DNA of 64,000 nucleotides from a bacterium (GTDB lineage Bacteria > Patescibacteriota > Minisyncoccia > Phycocordibacterales > UBA9973): positions 91,807 through 155,806 of the forward strand of contig JAIXRY010000015.1 of assembly GCA_027484965.1 (NCBI GenBank). The letters run 5' to 3'. A program made the translations under genes and the position numbers. Shown piece after piece: positions 28,484-40,069 of this stretch. Every line of letters starts with the position of its first letter. Positions within the stretch are counted from its first letter, which is position 1. Under the pieces are notes generated by a model that saw nothing but the letters and a program-made list of their open reading frames with translations, was not told where the DNA came from and made no database searches.

Positions 28484-29974
28484 TTATTTTTGTACCATAA
28501 TAAATGATTCTAAGATATCTCCAGACGCTATGTCGAGCTTTGCTTCTACAAATAGTCCACATTCTTCTCCTTCTATAGCGTCTTTTGTTTTTGACTTACT
28601 CTTTTGTACTTCAAGAATTTTTCCACGCCCAATTTCGTTTTCGCGACGGATAATTCTAACAATACTTCCTGATTCTATGCGTCCAGAAATAACTTTTCCT
28701 CCAACAACTTGTTTGTCGCGAGTTTGTGAAAATGTTTTTATTATTTTTAGTTGTCCGATAGATTCTATAGTCTCAACACGAGGTCTCTTTGCTTCGAGGT
28801 TTACTTCAAGCCATTCAGTGAGTTTGTAGATTATGTTGAAGAGTTCTATTGTGAGTCCAAGTTTTTCATTTGTGTCACGAGCAATAGGATCAATTTTTAC
28901 ATTAAATCCAACAATAACAGTGTCTTTGTCACTTGCAGCACGCTTGATATCTCCTTCAGAAATATTACCGACACCACAAGTCATTATTTTGTATGCAATT
29001 TTTTCTTGTGCAAGTTTCTTTACTTCTTTTTCAATAGCTTCAGCTGTTCCTAATACATCTGTTTTAATGATGAGGGGAATATATTTCTTTTCTGTGTCAG
29101 TAACTTCTACTGCAGATGATTCGTCTTGCCAATCAGCGATACTTTCTTCAGCTTCTTTCTTTGTATCAACAGTTGTAAATCTTGTTCCGACTTTTGGAAC
29201 ATTTGACCATCCAGAGACTCTTATGGCGTTTGAAAAACTTGCACTTTGAACAGGCTTACCCAAAAAATCTTCAAGCATCTTTGTACTTGCATATGCATTT
29301 CCAGCAACTATAAATTGACCTTTTTTAACAGTTCCATTTTTAATTATAAGAGTTGCTTGGGCGCCAATTTTAGAATCACTTTTTGATTCTATAATTAGTC
29401 CGTTAGCTGGGATTTCTGGCGTTCCTACAAATTCTTCCAAGTCAGCAACAAGACTGATTGTTTCAAAAAGATCTGGAACCCCTTCTCCTGTTTTTGCAGA
29501 AATGAGTACGAAAGGTGTTGTCCCTCCCATACCTTCTAGATACACTTCGTTTTCAGCAAGATCCATTTTTGTCTTGTCTACGTTTGCTCCTGGTTTGTCT
29601 ATTTTGTTTATTCCAACAATAAAAGGTACTTCATTTTCTTTGATTGTTTTTATTGCTTCAAGAGTTTGCATCTTTACACTATCTTCAGCAGACACTATAA
29701 GGATTGCAATATCGGCAACCTGAGCTCCACGAGAGCGCATACCAGAGAATGCAGCATGTCCTGGTGTGTCAATGAATGTTATTGCGCGTTCTTTTCCGTC
29801 AGAAGTTTTATGCTTTACTTCATAAGCAGATAAGTGTTGAGTTATTCCTCCAGCTTCTCCGTCTACGATGTTTGTTTTGCGAATGTAGTCGAGAAGGGTA
29901 GATTTACCATGGTCAACGTGTCCCATGATTACTACTACCGGCGCTCTTTCTTTTGTGGTTATTTTTATACTCAT
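28484..29974 (-). CDS. infB: translation initiation factor IF-2 (short form)
   Basis: G-domain VVIMGHVDHGKSTLLD, DTPGHAAF, NKID; only 496 aa, lacking the N-terminal extension. Confidence 0.9.
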   Translation of the reverse strand: MSIKITTKERAPVVVIMGHVDHGKSTLLDYIRKTNIVDGEAGGITQHLSAYEVKHKTSDGKERAITFIDTPGHAAFSGMRSRGAQVADIAILIVSAEDSVKMQTLEAIKTIKENEVPFIVGINKIDKPGANVDKTKMDLAENEVYLEGMGGTTPFVLISAKTGEGVPDLFETISLVADLEEFVGTPEIPANGLIIESKSDSKIGAQATLIIKNGTVKKGQFIVAGNAYASTKMLEDFLGKPVQSASFSNAIRVSGWSNVPKVGTRFTTVDTKKEAEESIADWQDESSAVEVTDTEKKYIPLIIKTDVLGTAEAIEKEVKKLAQEKIAYKIMTCGVGNISEGDIKRAASDKDTVIVGFNVKIDPIARDTNEKLGLTIELFNIIYKLTEWLEVNLEAKRPRVETIESIGQLKIIKTFSQTRDKQVVGGKVISGRIESGSIVRIIRRENEIGRGKILEVQKSKSKTKDAIEGEECGLFVEAKLDIASGDILESFIMVQK

Positions 29975-30432
29975 ATTAATTTCTTTTGATTAAGAAGAGC
30001 TGTTTGTTCTTCTTCTGTTAATTCTGTCTCACTTTCCCAAGCTGTAATCTTTTTTGCAAAAACTGTCATTCTGTCTCGTGCATAGAGTGTTGAAATTATT
30101 ACCCCTGTTCCTGTTTCATCAACAAGAGCAATTGCAAAACTCTGTGCGCCAGTAGTATCTCCCCAAGCATTAAAGCGAACAATATCTGTTCTCTTGATTG
30201 CTTGTTTTAATCTTTCTTCTATATCTGCCAAAAGTACATCATGGTTTTGTGTGTTCTTGTAGAGGATGTCTGTACGCTTTATAAGAAGCGAAAGTAATTC
30301 ATCTACACTACCTTCCTCTGTTTCTTTAAAAAGTCTCTGCCATTTTTTCTCAAGCTTCAAATTCCATATGAGTAAAGAGATACTCACAACCCCAAAAACA
30401 ATGAAAAACACACTGGAAATAGGTAATACCAT
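29971..30432 (-). CDS. hypothetical membrane-anchored protein
   Basis: 153 aa, N-terminal TM; sits upstream of infB in the same operon. Confidence 0.4.
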   Translation of the reverse strand: MVLPISSVFFIVFGVVSISLLIWNLKLEKKWQRLFKETEEGSVDELLSLLIKRTDILYKNTQNHDVLLADIEERLKQAIKRTDIVRFNAWGDTTGAQSFAIALVDETGTGVIISTLYARDRMTVFAKKITAWESETELTEEEQTALLNQKKLI

Positions 30433-30497
30433 GTAAAAACATTGTACTACAAAATAAGGATTTTTACAAATTTAGGACTTTATAAATACTCATTTTT

Positions 30498-31685
30498 GTG
30501 TATACTTCTTATATGAAAAGAATCTATTTAGATTACGCCGCACTAACTCCAATTTCATTTGGGGTACTTTTTCGTTCTTTTATTACAACCCTTACAGTAT
30601 ATGGAAATCCGGGCAGTCTCCACAGGGAGGGTGTTGTAGCGAAGAAAATGATAGAAAACACAAAAAAAGATATTGCAAAAATTCTCCACACTCAAAAAGA
30701 ACAGATTGTCTTTACTGGTGGAGGAACTGAAGGATGTAATTTGGTTATTTTTGGAGTCTTACACAAAGTAATCGCAAATGGTGTAGAAAGACCAGATATT
30801 ATAATAAGTGCAATTGAGCATCCAGCAGTTTATGACACCTGTATATCTCTTGAAAAAGAAAATAAAATCACACTTACAATTCTACCTGTTGATGAAAACG
30901 GTTTAGTGAAAGAAAAAGATTTGAGAGCTTCAATAAATGAAAATACAGTTCTTGTTTGTGTGCATTATGTAAACAATGAAATTGGTACAATAGAGCCAAT
31001 AAAAGATCTTGCACGTATAGTAAAAAAATATAGAAAAGAAAAAGAAAGTTCATATCCATTGTTTTTTACGGATTCTGCACAAGCTCCAAATTTATTTCCA
31101 ATTCATATAGATTCTCTCGGTGTTGATTTTGTAACTTTGAATGGTTCAAAAATGTATGGACCAAGATCTTCCGGAATACTTTTTGTAAAAGATAGAGAAA
31201 TGATTGACGGAATGATTCTTGGAGGTTCTCAAGAATATGGTCTTCGTGCTGGTACAGAAGATGTTGGTAAGATTGTCGGATTTACTCAAGCATTAATTAA
31301 TACTGACAAAAAGAGAATCTCTGAATATTCAAAAATAGAAAATCTTCAAAAAATAGCCAGAAAACTTTTAACAGAAAAGATACCTGAAGCACGTATTACA
31401 ATAGAGAGTGAATTTTGCTCTCCACATATACTACATATTACAATTCCTGGATTTGATAGTGAGACAGTTATTTTATATTTAGATCAAAAAGGATTTGCAG
31501 TATCTGCAAAAAGCGCTTGTAAGACAGATGATAAAGAAGTCTCACATGTTCTCAAAGCTCTTAATTTGGAAGAAAATAATTTGCTTTCAAGTGTTAGAAT
31601 TTCTTTTGGAAGAAAGACAAAAATTCGTGATATACAAAATTTTGTAAACGCATTGCGACAGACTTTAGACATTCTCAAAAAATAA
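30498..31685 (+). CDS. class V aminotransferase / cysteine desulfurase family protein
   Basis: GNPGSLHREG and PLP-lysine region LNGSKMYGP; probable start at internal Met 30513. Confidence 0.75.
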   Translation: MYTSYMKRIYLDYAALTPISFGVLFRSFITTLTVYGNPGSLHREGVVAKKMIENTKKDIAKILHTQKEQIVFTGGGTEGCNLVIFGVLHKVIANGVERPDIIISAIEHPAVYDTCISLEKENKITLTILPVDENGLVKEKDLRASINENTVLVCVHYVNNEIGTIEPIKDLARIVKKYRKEKESSYPLFFTDSAQAPNLFPIHIDSLGVDFVTLNGSKMYGPRSSGILFVKDREMIDGMILGGSQEYGLRAGTEDVGKIVGFTQALINTDKKRISEYSKIENLQKIARKLLTEKIPEARITIESEFCSPHILHITIPGFDSETVILYLDQKGFAVSAKSACKTDDKEVSHVLKALNLEENNLLSSVRISFGRKTKIRDIQNFVNALRQTLDILKK

Positions 31686-31731
31686 TGTATAAGTAACACT
31701 AAAATTTTATATTTTGGTATAATAAATAAAT

Positions 31732-34434
31732 ATGATGCCTGGATTTAACCAATTTACAACAAAAGCCAAAGAAGCTATTAAAAAAGCTCACGAATTCGCT
31801 ATTGAACGTGGTCAGAACCATGTTAGTGGACTTCATTTGCTCACAGCACTCCTTTTTCAAGAGGAGAGTGTTGTTATTTCTATACTAGATTCTCTTCAAG
31901 TAGATACTCTTCTTCTTTCTGATTCTGTTATTGAAAGTATAGAAGGACCAGAGGCAAAAAATACCATATCTCCTTCATATCAAATGTACCTTACACCTGA
32001 TATGGCAAAAACTATTGAAGATTCTCCAAAGCTGGCAAAAGCTATTGGTGATGAATTTGTAAGTACAGAACATCTATTTTTAGCTCTAGTTGAGACAGAA
32101 GGTCCTGCACAAGAATTGTTAAAACGTTTTCGTATTGAATCTGATTCTGTAAAACAGATAATAGAAAACTTCAAACATGATAAAGGAACACAAACTCAAG
32201 GCCCTAAGAAATTTCGTCTTCTTACAAAATACACTCGTAATCTTACAAAGCTCGCTCGTGAAGACAAACTCGATCCCGTCATTGGTCGTGATATTGAAGT
32301 GATGCGTATTATGCAAATACTTTCTCGTCGTACCAAGAATAATCCTATTTTGATAGGTGAACCGGGAACAGGTAAGACAGCTGTGGTAGAAGGGCTTGCC
32401 ACTCGTATTGCAAAAGGTGATGTTCCAGAATCTCTAAAAGATAAAGAAATGGTTTCTCTTGATCTCGGCCTTCTTATTGCCGGTACAAAATACCGTGGAG
32501 AATTCGAAGAGCGTCTTCGTGGAATAATGAAGGAAATAGAAAAAGCTGACGGGAAGATAGTTTTGTTTATTGACGAAATTCACACTATTGTCGGAGCAGG
32601 TGCTTCTGAAGGATCTATGGATGCTTCAAACATGCTAAAGCCAGCCCTTGCTCGTGGAGAATTAAAAGCAGTAGGAGCAACAACTCTCAAAGAATATCAA
32701 AAGTATATAGAAAAGGATCCTGCTCTCGCACGTCGTTTTCAGCCTGTATATATCGAAGAGCCAAGTAATGAAGATACAATAGCAATACTTCGAGGACTCA
32801 AAGATAAGTACGAATTATTCCATGGTGTAAGAATTACAGACGATGCAATACTAGCCGCTGTAAATCTCTCCACTCGTTATATTACAAACAGATATCTTCC
32901 TGATAAGGCTGTGGACTTGATCGATGAAGCGTCATCATCACTTCGTATGGCTCTTGAAAATAAGCCTGCAATTCTCGAAGAAACTCATCGCAAAATAATG
33001 CGTCTAGAAATAGAAAAAGAAGCCCTAACAAAAGAATCGTCTCTTTCTTCAAAAGAAAATAAAGATACAAAAAATCGTATAAAAGATGTAGAAAAAGAAA
33101 TCGCAAATCTAAAAGAAAAAACTTCAGAACTTGAATTGAAATGGCAAAATGAGAAGAGTGTTTTGGTGGATATTCGCACACTCAAGAAAGAACTCGACAC
33201 ACTCCGCGTTGAAGCTGAAAATGCAGAGAGTCGCGCTGACCTCACTCTTGCCGCAGAAATTCGTTATGGCAAAATTCCACAAGCCCAAAAAGAACTTGAT
33301 CACAAAATGGATAAGTTACAAAAACTTCAAAAGTCTCGTCGTATATTGAAGGAAGAAATTAATGAAGAAGATATTGCAGATGTTGTTGCACGTTGGACAG
33401 GAATTCCTCTTACAAAAATGCTTGAAGAAGAACGTGCAAAATTGGCTCGTATGGAAAGTGAACTCCAGGGGCGAGTTATTGGTCAAGAAAAAGCTATCAA
33501 AAGTGTGAGTGAGGTAATCAGAAGAAGTCGTGCAGGAATTTCTGATCCAAATCGTCCTATAGGTTCATTTATATTCTTGGGACCAACAGGAGTAGGTAAG
33601 ACAGAACTTACAAAATCACTTGCTTCATTTATGTTTAATGATGAGCGATCTCTCATACGTGTAGACATGTCTGAATACATGGAACGTCATAGTGTCTCTA
33701 AGCTTATTGGTTCACCTCCTGGATATGTAGGACACGAAGAATCAGGACAACTCACAGAAGCTGTGCGTCATCGCCCATACTCTGTAGTACTCTTTGATGA
33801 AATAGAAAAGGCTCATCCAGAAGTGTTTAATGTATTGCTTCAAGTTCTTGATGAAGGGAAGCTTACTGACTCAAAAGGTAGAACAGTAAACTTTAAAAAT
33901 ACAGTGATAATCCTTACTTCAAATATTGGTTCACAATATATTGAACAGATGGAATCTCTTGGTTTTGGATTAAAGAATGAAAAAGAAACATATGAAGGAA
34001 CTAAAGAAAATGTTTTGAAAGCTTTAAAAGATCATTTTCGTCCAGAATTCTTGAATCGTCTTGATGAGGTGATAGTCTTTGATATATTATCACCAGAATC
34101 AATCAGACAAATTGTAAAATTAAGAATTGATCAAGTCGCTTCTCGTCTAAAAGACAAAGAAATAGATTTGATTGTAAGTGATGAAGCCCTAGATATACTT
34201 GCAAAGGAAGGGTATGATCCACACTATGGAGCAAGACCTCTCAATCGCTTAATACAGAACAAAATTCTTAATCCTGTAGCAACATACATAATAGAGAATG
34301 GGTCAAATAAAGATTATACTGTTTATGTGACAATTTCAAAAGGTGAATTAGTTGTAGAGACGAAGAAAAAAAAGAAAGCAGTGTTAAGTATTAAAGTTAA
34401 AGAAGTTAAGAAATCAAAAGTTAAGACAAAATAG
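31732..34434 (+). CDS. clpB: ATP-dependent chaperone ClpB
   Basis: Two AAA+ modules ([16 protein letters not shown]) split by a long coiled-coil M-domain; Clp N-domain. Confidence 0.85.
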   Translation: MMPGFNQFTTKAKEAIKKAHEFAIERGQNHVSGLHLLTALLFQEESVVISILDSLQVDTLLLSDSVIESIEGPEAKNTISPSYQMYLTPDMAKTIEDSPKLAKAIGDEFVSTEHLFLALVETEGPAQELLKRFRIESDSVKQIIENFKHDKGTQTQGPKKFRLLTKYTRNLTKLAREDKLDPVIGRDIEVMRIMQILSRRTKNNPILIGEPGTGKTAVVEGLATRIAKGDVPESLKDKEMVSLDLGLLIAGTKYRGEFEERLRGIMKEIEKADGKIVLFIDEIHTIVGAGASEGSMDASNMLKPALARGELKAVGATTLKEYQKYIEKDPALARRFQPVYIEEPSNEDTIAILRGLKDKYELFHGVRITDDAILAAVNLSTRYITNRYLPDKAVDLIDEASSSLRMALENKPAILEETHRKIMRLEIEKEALTKESSLSSKENKDTKNRIKDVEKEIANLKEKTSELELKWQNEKSVLVDIRTLKKELDTLRVEAENAESRADLTLAAEIRYGKIPQAQKELDHKMDKLQKLQKSRRILKEEINEEDIADVVARWTGIPLTKMLEEERAKLARMESELQGRVIGQEKAIKSVSEVIRRSRAGISDPNRPIGSFIFLGPTGVGKTELTKSLASFMFNDERSLIRVDMSEYMERHSVSKLIGSPPGYVGHEESGQLTEAVRHRPYSVVLFDEIEKAHPEVFNVLLQVLDEGKLTDSKGRTVNFKNTVIILTSNIGSQYIEQMESLGFGLKNEKETYEGTKENVLKALKDHFRPEFLNRLDEVIVFDILSPESIRQIVKLRIDQVASRLKDKEIDLIVSDEALDILAKEGYDPHYGARPLNRLIQNKILNPVATYIIENGSNKDYTVYVTISKGELVVETKKKKKAVLSIKVKEVKKSKVKTK

Positions 34435-34467
34435 AAAGTGGGACCCGAAGGGTCCCACTTTCTATTT
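34431..34467. terminator. bidirectional terminator
   Basis: atagaaagtgggaccc-gaa-gggtcccactttctat palindrome between convergent clpB and topA. Confidence 0.65.
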
Positions 34468-36681
34468 TGTAACCTTTTTCTTTCTTGCGAAGCCTCTAGG
34501 TTTTTTCTCTATAGATAAGAGTTCGAGCGCTTGTTCAAGTGTGATTGTGTATGGATCAAGAGGAGTTTTAATTGATCGGAAATCTCTTTCGCATCCAACA
34601 TATGGTCCAAAGCGCCCTACATTTGCAATCACTTCAATATCATTTTTTGGATTAATACCGAGTGTACGAGGGAGGGCGAGATATTTCATTGCCATCTCAA
34701 CATTCACATTACTTGGGTCAACTGTTTTTGGAATAGAAGCCATTCTTGGTTTTTCAACTTTTTCTCCTTTTTTCTTTTTTGCTGCTTTCACTGGTTTTTC
34801 ACCGAGCTGTACGTATGGTCCGAAGCGTCCTACGAGCACATAGATAGGGAGTCCAGTTTCTGGATCAGTTCCGATAGGCTCATCTTTTTTGATTTCTGTA
34901 CCGTCTATCATGAGAGCTCCATCACATTCTGGATAGTTGTTACATGATAAGAATTTTCCTCCACGCCCAAGTTTTACAAGCATCTTGTTTCCACATTTTG
35001 GACAGATAAATTTATCGTCAGCTTCTTCGATTGTTGTAGCCTTGTCTAATTTATCTTTTTCTTTCACTTGTTTTTTGAATGGTCCGTAGAAGTCTTTGAG
35101 TGTCTTGCTGTATTCACGTGTTCCGTCAGCAATTTCATCAAGCTCGTTTTCCATTTCTGCTGTGAATGTGTCACTGATATATTGTTCGAAGTTTGTTTCG
35201 ATGAAGCGAGATACTACATCACCTGTATCTGTTGGCTTGAGAGATCTTCCTACTTTTTCTACATATTCACGGTCCTCGAGAGTTTTGATAATAGATGCGT
35301 ATGTAGAAGGTCTTCCTATACCACGAGATTCAAGCTCTTTTACGAGTCCTGCTTCAGAATATCTGTTTGGTGGTTGTGTTTGCTTTTCTGTATCTTTTAG
35401 TTCTATGAGAGCTAATTTTTCTCCTTCTGTTGTTTCTGGAAGGGTAACATCTTCACCACGAGCGTCAGGTTCTGCAAGAAGCCATCCAGCATAACGAACA
35501 ATAGAACCTGTTGTTGTAAAGTCGGGGATAGTACTACCTTCTATATTTGCTGTGATTTTTGTGCGAGATAAAATAGCATCCTTCATTTGAGAAGAAACAG
35601 TTCTCTCCCATATAAGAGAGTACAATTTTTTTTGCTCTTCAGTCATACCGAGAGATTTTTTCTCTACATGTGTAGGACGAATTGCTTCATGGGCTTCTTG
35701 AGCATTTTTTGATTTTGTTTTGTATTTGCGAATTTCCAAATGTTCTTTTCCAAAGTTTTTTTCTATAGCATTTGCAATTCCACCTATAGCAGTCTCGGCA
35801 ATATTTGTAGAGTCTGTACGCATATAAGTAATGTGTCCAGCTTCATAGAGTTTTTGTGCAATCTGCATTGTGCGAGAAGGAGAGAATCCTAGACGTGAAG
35901 ATGCTGTTTGTTGGAGTGTTGATGTTGTAAATGGTGCGCGAGGTGAACGTTTTTCTTCACTTTGTTTTACTCCAGAAATTATCCAAGTTCCATTTTTACC
36001 TTCTTTTAGTATACGATCAACCTCATTTCTATCTGTAGGTTCTTGTGTACAAGAAAGATTCAAATTTACTTTTTTGTTTGTTTTAAATTCACCCTCAAGT
36101 ACCCAATATGTTTCTGGGATGAATGCAGATATTTCTCTTTCACGTTCACAGAGTATACGAAGGGCAGGTGATTGAACACGTCCAGCAGAAAGTCCATAAC
36201 GAACTTTTTTCCAAATAATTCCAGATAGGTCATATCCAACAAGACGGTCTAGTACCCTGCGCGCTTCTTGAGCTTTACGCAGATTTGTATCGACTTCTCG
36301 TGGATGTTTTAACGCTTCTGTTATAGCTTCTTTTGTAATTTCGTTGAATGTTACGCGGCTTATAGGAGCTTTTACTTTTTTATCAGTTTTTAAGAGTTCT
36401 TCAATGTGCCAGGCTATAGCTTCTCCTTCGCGGTCCGGGTCGGGTGCAAGGAGTATTTCATTTGCAGAATGGGCAAGATCGCGTAATTCTTGTACTACGT
36501 GTTCTTTACCTTTTGAAATTTCATAACGAGGAATAAAGCCACCTTCTATATCGATAGCTGTTTTGTTTGATTTTGGGAGATCACGAATATGTCCTACAGA
36601 TGCGCGTACTGTGTATGCGCCAGCCAGATATTTTTCGATAGTCTTTGCTTTTGAAGGTGATTCAACGATTAGTAGTTTCAT
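34462..36681 (-). CDS. topA: DNA topoisomerase I
   Basis: TOPRIM N-terminus MKLLIVESPSKAKTI; C-terminal Cys4 zinc ribbon (CPKCGN...CNNYPEC). Confidence 0.9.
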   Translation of the reverse strand: MKLLIVESPSKAKTIEKYLAGAYTVRASVGHIRDLPKSNKTAIDIEGGFIPRYEISKGKEHVVQELRDLAHSANEILLAPDPDREGEAIAWHIEELLKTDKKVKAPISRVTFNEITKEAITEALKHPREVDTNLRKAQEARRVLDRLVGYDLSGIIWKKVRYGLSAGRVQSPALRILCEREREISAFIPETYWVLEGEFKTNKKVNLNLSCTQEPTDRNEVDRILKEGKNGTWIISGVKQSEEKRSPRAPFTTSTLQQTASSRLGFSPSRTMQIAQKLYEAGHITYMRTDSTNIAETAIGGIANAIEKNFGKEHLEIRKYKTKSKNAQEAHEAIRPTHVEKKSLGMTEEQKKLYSLIWERTVSSQMKDAILSRTKITANIEGSTIPDFTTTGSIVRYAGWLLAEPDARGEDVTLPETTEGEKLALIELKDTEKQTQPPNRYSEAGLVKELESRGIGRPSTYASIIKTLEDREYVEKVGRSLKPTDTGDVVSRFIETNFEQYISDTFTAEMENELDEIADGTREYSKTLKDFYGPFKKQVKEKDKLDKATTIEEADDKFICPKCGNKMLVKLGRGGKFLSCNNYPECDGALMIDGTEIKKDEPIGTDPETGLPIYVLVGRFGPYVQLGEKPVKAAKKKKGEKVEKPRMASIPKTVDPSNVNVEMAMKYLALPRTLGINPKNDIEVIANVGRFGPYVGCERDFRSIKTPLDPYTITLEQALELLSIEKKPRGFARKKKVTK

Positions 36682-36779
36682 AATGAGTTATAGATATTAG
36701 TATTACATATATATGTACGTTTATACAAAATATCAATCTGTGAGTTGTACTACAAATATATTTTTTATGCAAATTTTTC

Positions 36780-37640
36780 TTATTTTTTTATTATTTCCCC
36801 AAACTCTTCTTTAATCAAACCTTTTATCTCCATTAAGGACAAAAGTATAGAAGCTTTACTTGTTTCCATACCCAATTTGCTTATAAGAATATCTTTTGAT
36901 AAAGGTTCTTTTATTATCTCTAAAACTAATTTTTCTTCTGTATTTAAATTTATATTTTCTTGTTCATTTTGTTGATTATCTTTTTCAAATCCTAGTGCTT
37001 CAAGTAAGTCATCTGGCGAGGTGATAGGAGTTGCTCCAAGCCTAAGGAATTGGTTTGTACCTTTTGAATTATCAGAAAATATTGGTCCAGGTACTACTAG
37101 AACATCACGATTGTACTCTACAGCAAGACGGGCTGTGATAAGTGTTCCTGATTTTTCTTCCGCTTCTACTATGAGAATTGCTTTGCATAATCCAGCCATT
37201 ATTCTATTTCTTCTTGGGAAGCTCCAAAGAGTCGCTCGCATACTTGGCTCGAATTCAGAAAGTAAACATCCTCCTTTTTGAAGTATTTCTTCTGCAAGAC
37301 GAAAATTTGTTGCTGGATACAAGACATTTTTATCGAGTCCTGATCCTGGAATTGCAAGCGTAAGAATATTGTTCTCTATTGCGCGTTTATGTGCCAAACT
37401 ATCGATACCGAGCGCAAGTCCAGACACTATTACTACAGGATACCCTTTGAGTGAATCTACGAGTTTTTCTAAAACATCTTTTCCATATGATGTATATTTG
37501 CGTGAACCAACAATTCCTAAATAAATAAATTCTTCCGGATCTGGTATTTTCCCACGAATAAAAAGTTTCTTTGGTGGTTCTGGAATTTCTAAAAGACAAG
37601 GAGGGAATTCGGAGGGATCTAGTTTATAGATGTCTTCCAT
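36780..37640 (-). CDS. dprA: DNA processing protein DprA (Smf)
   Basis: Rossmann-like core GIVGSRKYTSYG ... AEEKSGTLITARLAVEYNRDVLVVPG. Confidence 0.8.
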   Translation of the reverse strand: MEDIYKLDPSEFPPCLLEIPEPPKKLFIRGKIPDPEEFIYLGIVGSRKYTSYGKDVLEKLVDSLKGYPVVIVSGLALGIDSLAHKRAIENNILTLAIPGSGLDKNVLYPATNFRLAEEILQKGGCLLSEFEPSMRATLWSFPRRNRIMAGLCKAILIVEAEEKSGTLITARLAVEYNRDVLVVPGPIFSDNSKGTNQFLRLGATPITSPDDLLEALGFEKDNQQNEQENINLNTEEKLVLEIIKEPLSKDILISKLGMETSKASILLSLMEIKGLIKEEFGEIIKK

Positions 37641-37914
37641 ATATCTATATTGTAATACTTTTTTGTATTGTGTACACTAGTAAAAATATTAAAATAATGA
37701 AAATGTCTGTTTTTTCGATTTATTGATGGTGTTCTTTATGTTCCATTCATACCTGGGTCCAAAGAATTAAAATGGGACCAAATGAGAAAAGATGATGAGA
37801 AAAGAAGAAAATTAAAAGAAAACCAAAAAAAACTTGAAGACCAAAAAAACTCTCAAAAATAGGGAGTTTTTATTTTTTTGAAAAAATATCTTTTTTCTTG
37901 TATACTCTATATAT

Positions 37915-39183
37915 ATGTTGGATATAAAATTTATTAAAGAAAATAGTGATCTTATTAAGCACGCGGTAGAAAAAAAGCATTTATCATTTGACGTGGATGC
38001 ATTTTTGAAGATTGACAGTAAGCGTGTTTCGATGCTTGAAGAGGTTGAAACTCTTCGTGCTCGTCAAAATAAGGCTACAGAAGAAATTCCAAACGCCGAC
38101 CAAGAACGTCGTAATATGTTGCTTAGTGAAATGCAGGTTTTAAAACTTGAGCTAGGTCAAAAAGAAGACGAACTAAAAGAAATAATGAAAGAATGGCAAC
38201 TGCTAATGCTTCAAGTACCAAACGTACCTGATATGTCAGTGCCAGAAGGTGAAAGTGATGAAGAAAATCTTGAAGTTTTTGTTTGGGGTGAAAAACCAAA
38301 ATTTGATTTTTCTCCAAAGAGTCATATAGAAATAATGGAAGAACTAGATCTTGCAGATTTTGAACGTGGAACAAAAGTTTCAGGTTTCCGTGGATACTTC
38401 TTGAAAAATGATGGAGCTCTTTTAGAGTTTGCTCTATGGCAATACTTCTTGGAAAAGTTAGTAAAAAAAGGATACAGCCCAATGATTGTTCCATCTCTTG
38501 TAAATCGTGAGACACTTTTTGGAACGGGATATCTACCACAAGGAGAAGATGATTTGTATAAAACTCAAGATGGAGATTATTTGGCTGGAACAGGTGAAGT
38601 AGCAACAATGTCATATTTTTCTGGTGAAATTATCGATAAGAAAGATTTACCAATGAAAATGGTGTCTTTCTCTCCATGTTTTCGTCGTGAAGCAGGAAGT
38701 CATGGTAAAGATGCAAAAGGTCTCTATCGTGTACATGAATTCTTCAAACTCGAACAAGTAATACTTTGTGAAGCGAGTCATGAAGAAAGTGTAAAACTTC
38801 ACGAAGAACTTGCTGAAAATGTAAAAGAATTATTACAAGAATTAAATCTTCCTTACCATGTTGTTGTAAACTGTGGAGGTGATCTTGGACTTGGACAAGT
38901 GAAGAAGTACGATATAGAAGTGTGGCGTCCAAGTGTAGAAAAATATGGAGAAACTCACTCTTGTTCATATTTTCATGATTTCCAAACACGTCGTTTGAAT
39001 ATTCGTTATCGTGATGAAGATGGTAAGATGCGTTACGTTCATTCATTAAATAATACTCTTGTTGCAACTCCTAGAATTCTTATTTCTATTTTGGAAAATT
39101 ACCAACAAGCAGACGGAACTATAAAAATTCCAGAAGTACTCCGTCCTTATATGATGAATAAGGAAGTAATCTCAAAAAAATAG
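37915..39183 (+). CDS. serS: serine--tRNA ligase
   Basis: N-terminal coiled-coil arm plus class II core (FRREAGS, GGDLGLG). Confidence 0.9.
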   Translation: MLDIKFIKENSDLIKHAVEKKHLSFDVDAFLKIDSKRVSMLEEVETLRARQNKATEEIPNADQERRNMLLSEMQVLKLELGQKEDELKEIMKEWQLLMLQVPNVPDMSVPEGESDEENLEVFVWGEKPKFDFSPKSHIEIMEELDLADFERGTKVSGFRGYFLKNDGALLEFALWQYFLEKLVKKGYSPMIVPSLVNRETLFGTGYLPQGEDDLYKTQDGDYLAGTGEVATMSYFSGEIIDKKDLPMKMVSFSPCFRREAGSHGKDAKGLYRVHEFFKLEQVILCEASHEESVKLHEELAENVKELLQELNLPYHVVVNCGGDLGLGQVKKYDIEVWRPSVEKYGETHSCSYFHDFQTRRLNIRYRDEDGKMRYVHSLNNTLVATPRILISILENYQQADGTIKIPEVLRPYMMNKEVISKK

Positions 39184-39186
39184 TAT

Positions 39187-40068
39187 ATGGATATTCGGCC
39201 GAAAACAACAAACCGGCACGAACTTCTTAAGGTTTCTAATGATAAGATTTTACGAGCAAGAAAATTAAGGAGAAAACGTCTTAGTATTATTTTTTTAATT
39301 ACAGGATTTTTAATTATTATTGGAGTCGTATTTCTTTTGAGAATGAAATTTATTCAGCTTAATAATATTGAAGTTTCTGGAAATGTTGTATTAGAAAAAA
39401 AAGATATACAAGATTTCATTAATAAAAAATACGAAGGAAAATATTTGTGGCTTATTCCAAAAAATAATACTCTTTTTGTATTGCCAAAAACAGTAACAAA
39501 ATCTCTCCAAAAAGAATTTCCTAGAATAAATAGTATTAACGTTAGACGTAATTTCCCAAGATCTTTATCTATTGAGATAACAGAGAGAAAGGGTGTATAT
39601 GTTTGGTGTGGAAATGATATTAGTATTTCTTCAACATCTAAAGACTTTCCTTGTTTTTTTGTTGATAAAGAAGGAATTATTTTTAGTGAAGCACCATATT
39701 TTTCTGGGACACCCTTCACTCTTTTTTTAGGTGGAGACAAAGATGTACCTAATATATTAGGTACACAATTGCTCGCACAAGATGATTTTAAAAATATACT
39801 ATTCATTTATGATATGGTAAATAAATTAAAATTATCTCCTTATACTGTCCGAATACTTACCGGAGGAGAATATGAAATATTACTTAGAAGTGATTCTGAT
39901 TTAATATCTTCAACGCGTATAAAATTAAGAGATATTAATGATCAAATAACTCTTTCTCAAAATTTAGCAGCAGCTTTAAATACAAAAGTATTCAAAGATC
40001 ATAAGATTAGTGAATTTGAATATATTGATGCGCGTTTTGGAAACAAAGTATTTTATAAATTAAAATAA
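39187..40068 (+). CDS. FtsQ/DivIB-like cell division protein (POTRA domain)
   Basis: N-terminal TM; IQLNNIEVSGN ... SINVRRNFPRSLSIEITER matches the FtsQ POTRA pattern. Confidence 0.45.
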   Translation: MDIRPKTTNRHELLKVSNDKILRARKLRRKRLSIIFLITGFLIIIGVVFLLRMKFIQLNNIEVSGNVVLEKKDIQDFINKKYEGKYLWLIPKNNTLFVLPKTVTKSLQKEFPRINSINVRRNFPRSLSIEITERKGVYVWCGNDISISSTSKDFPCFFVDKEGIIFSEAPYFSGTPFTLFLGGDKDVPNILGTQLLAQDDFKNILFIYDMVNKLKLSPYTVRILTGGEYEILLRSDSDLISSTRIKLRDINDQITLSQNLAAALNTKVFKDHKISEFEYIDARFGNKVFYKLK

Positions 40069-40069
40069 T

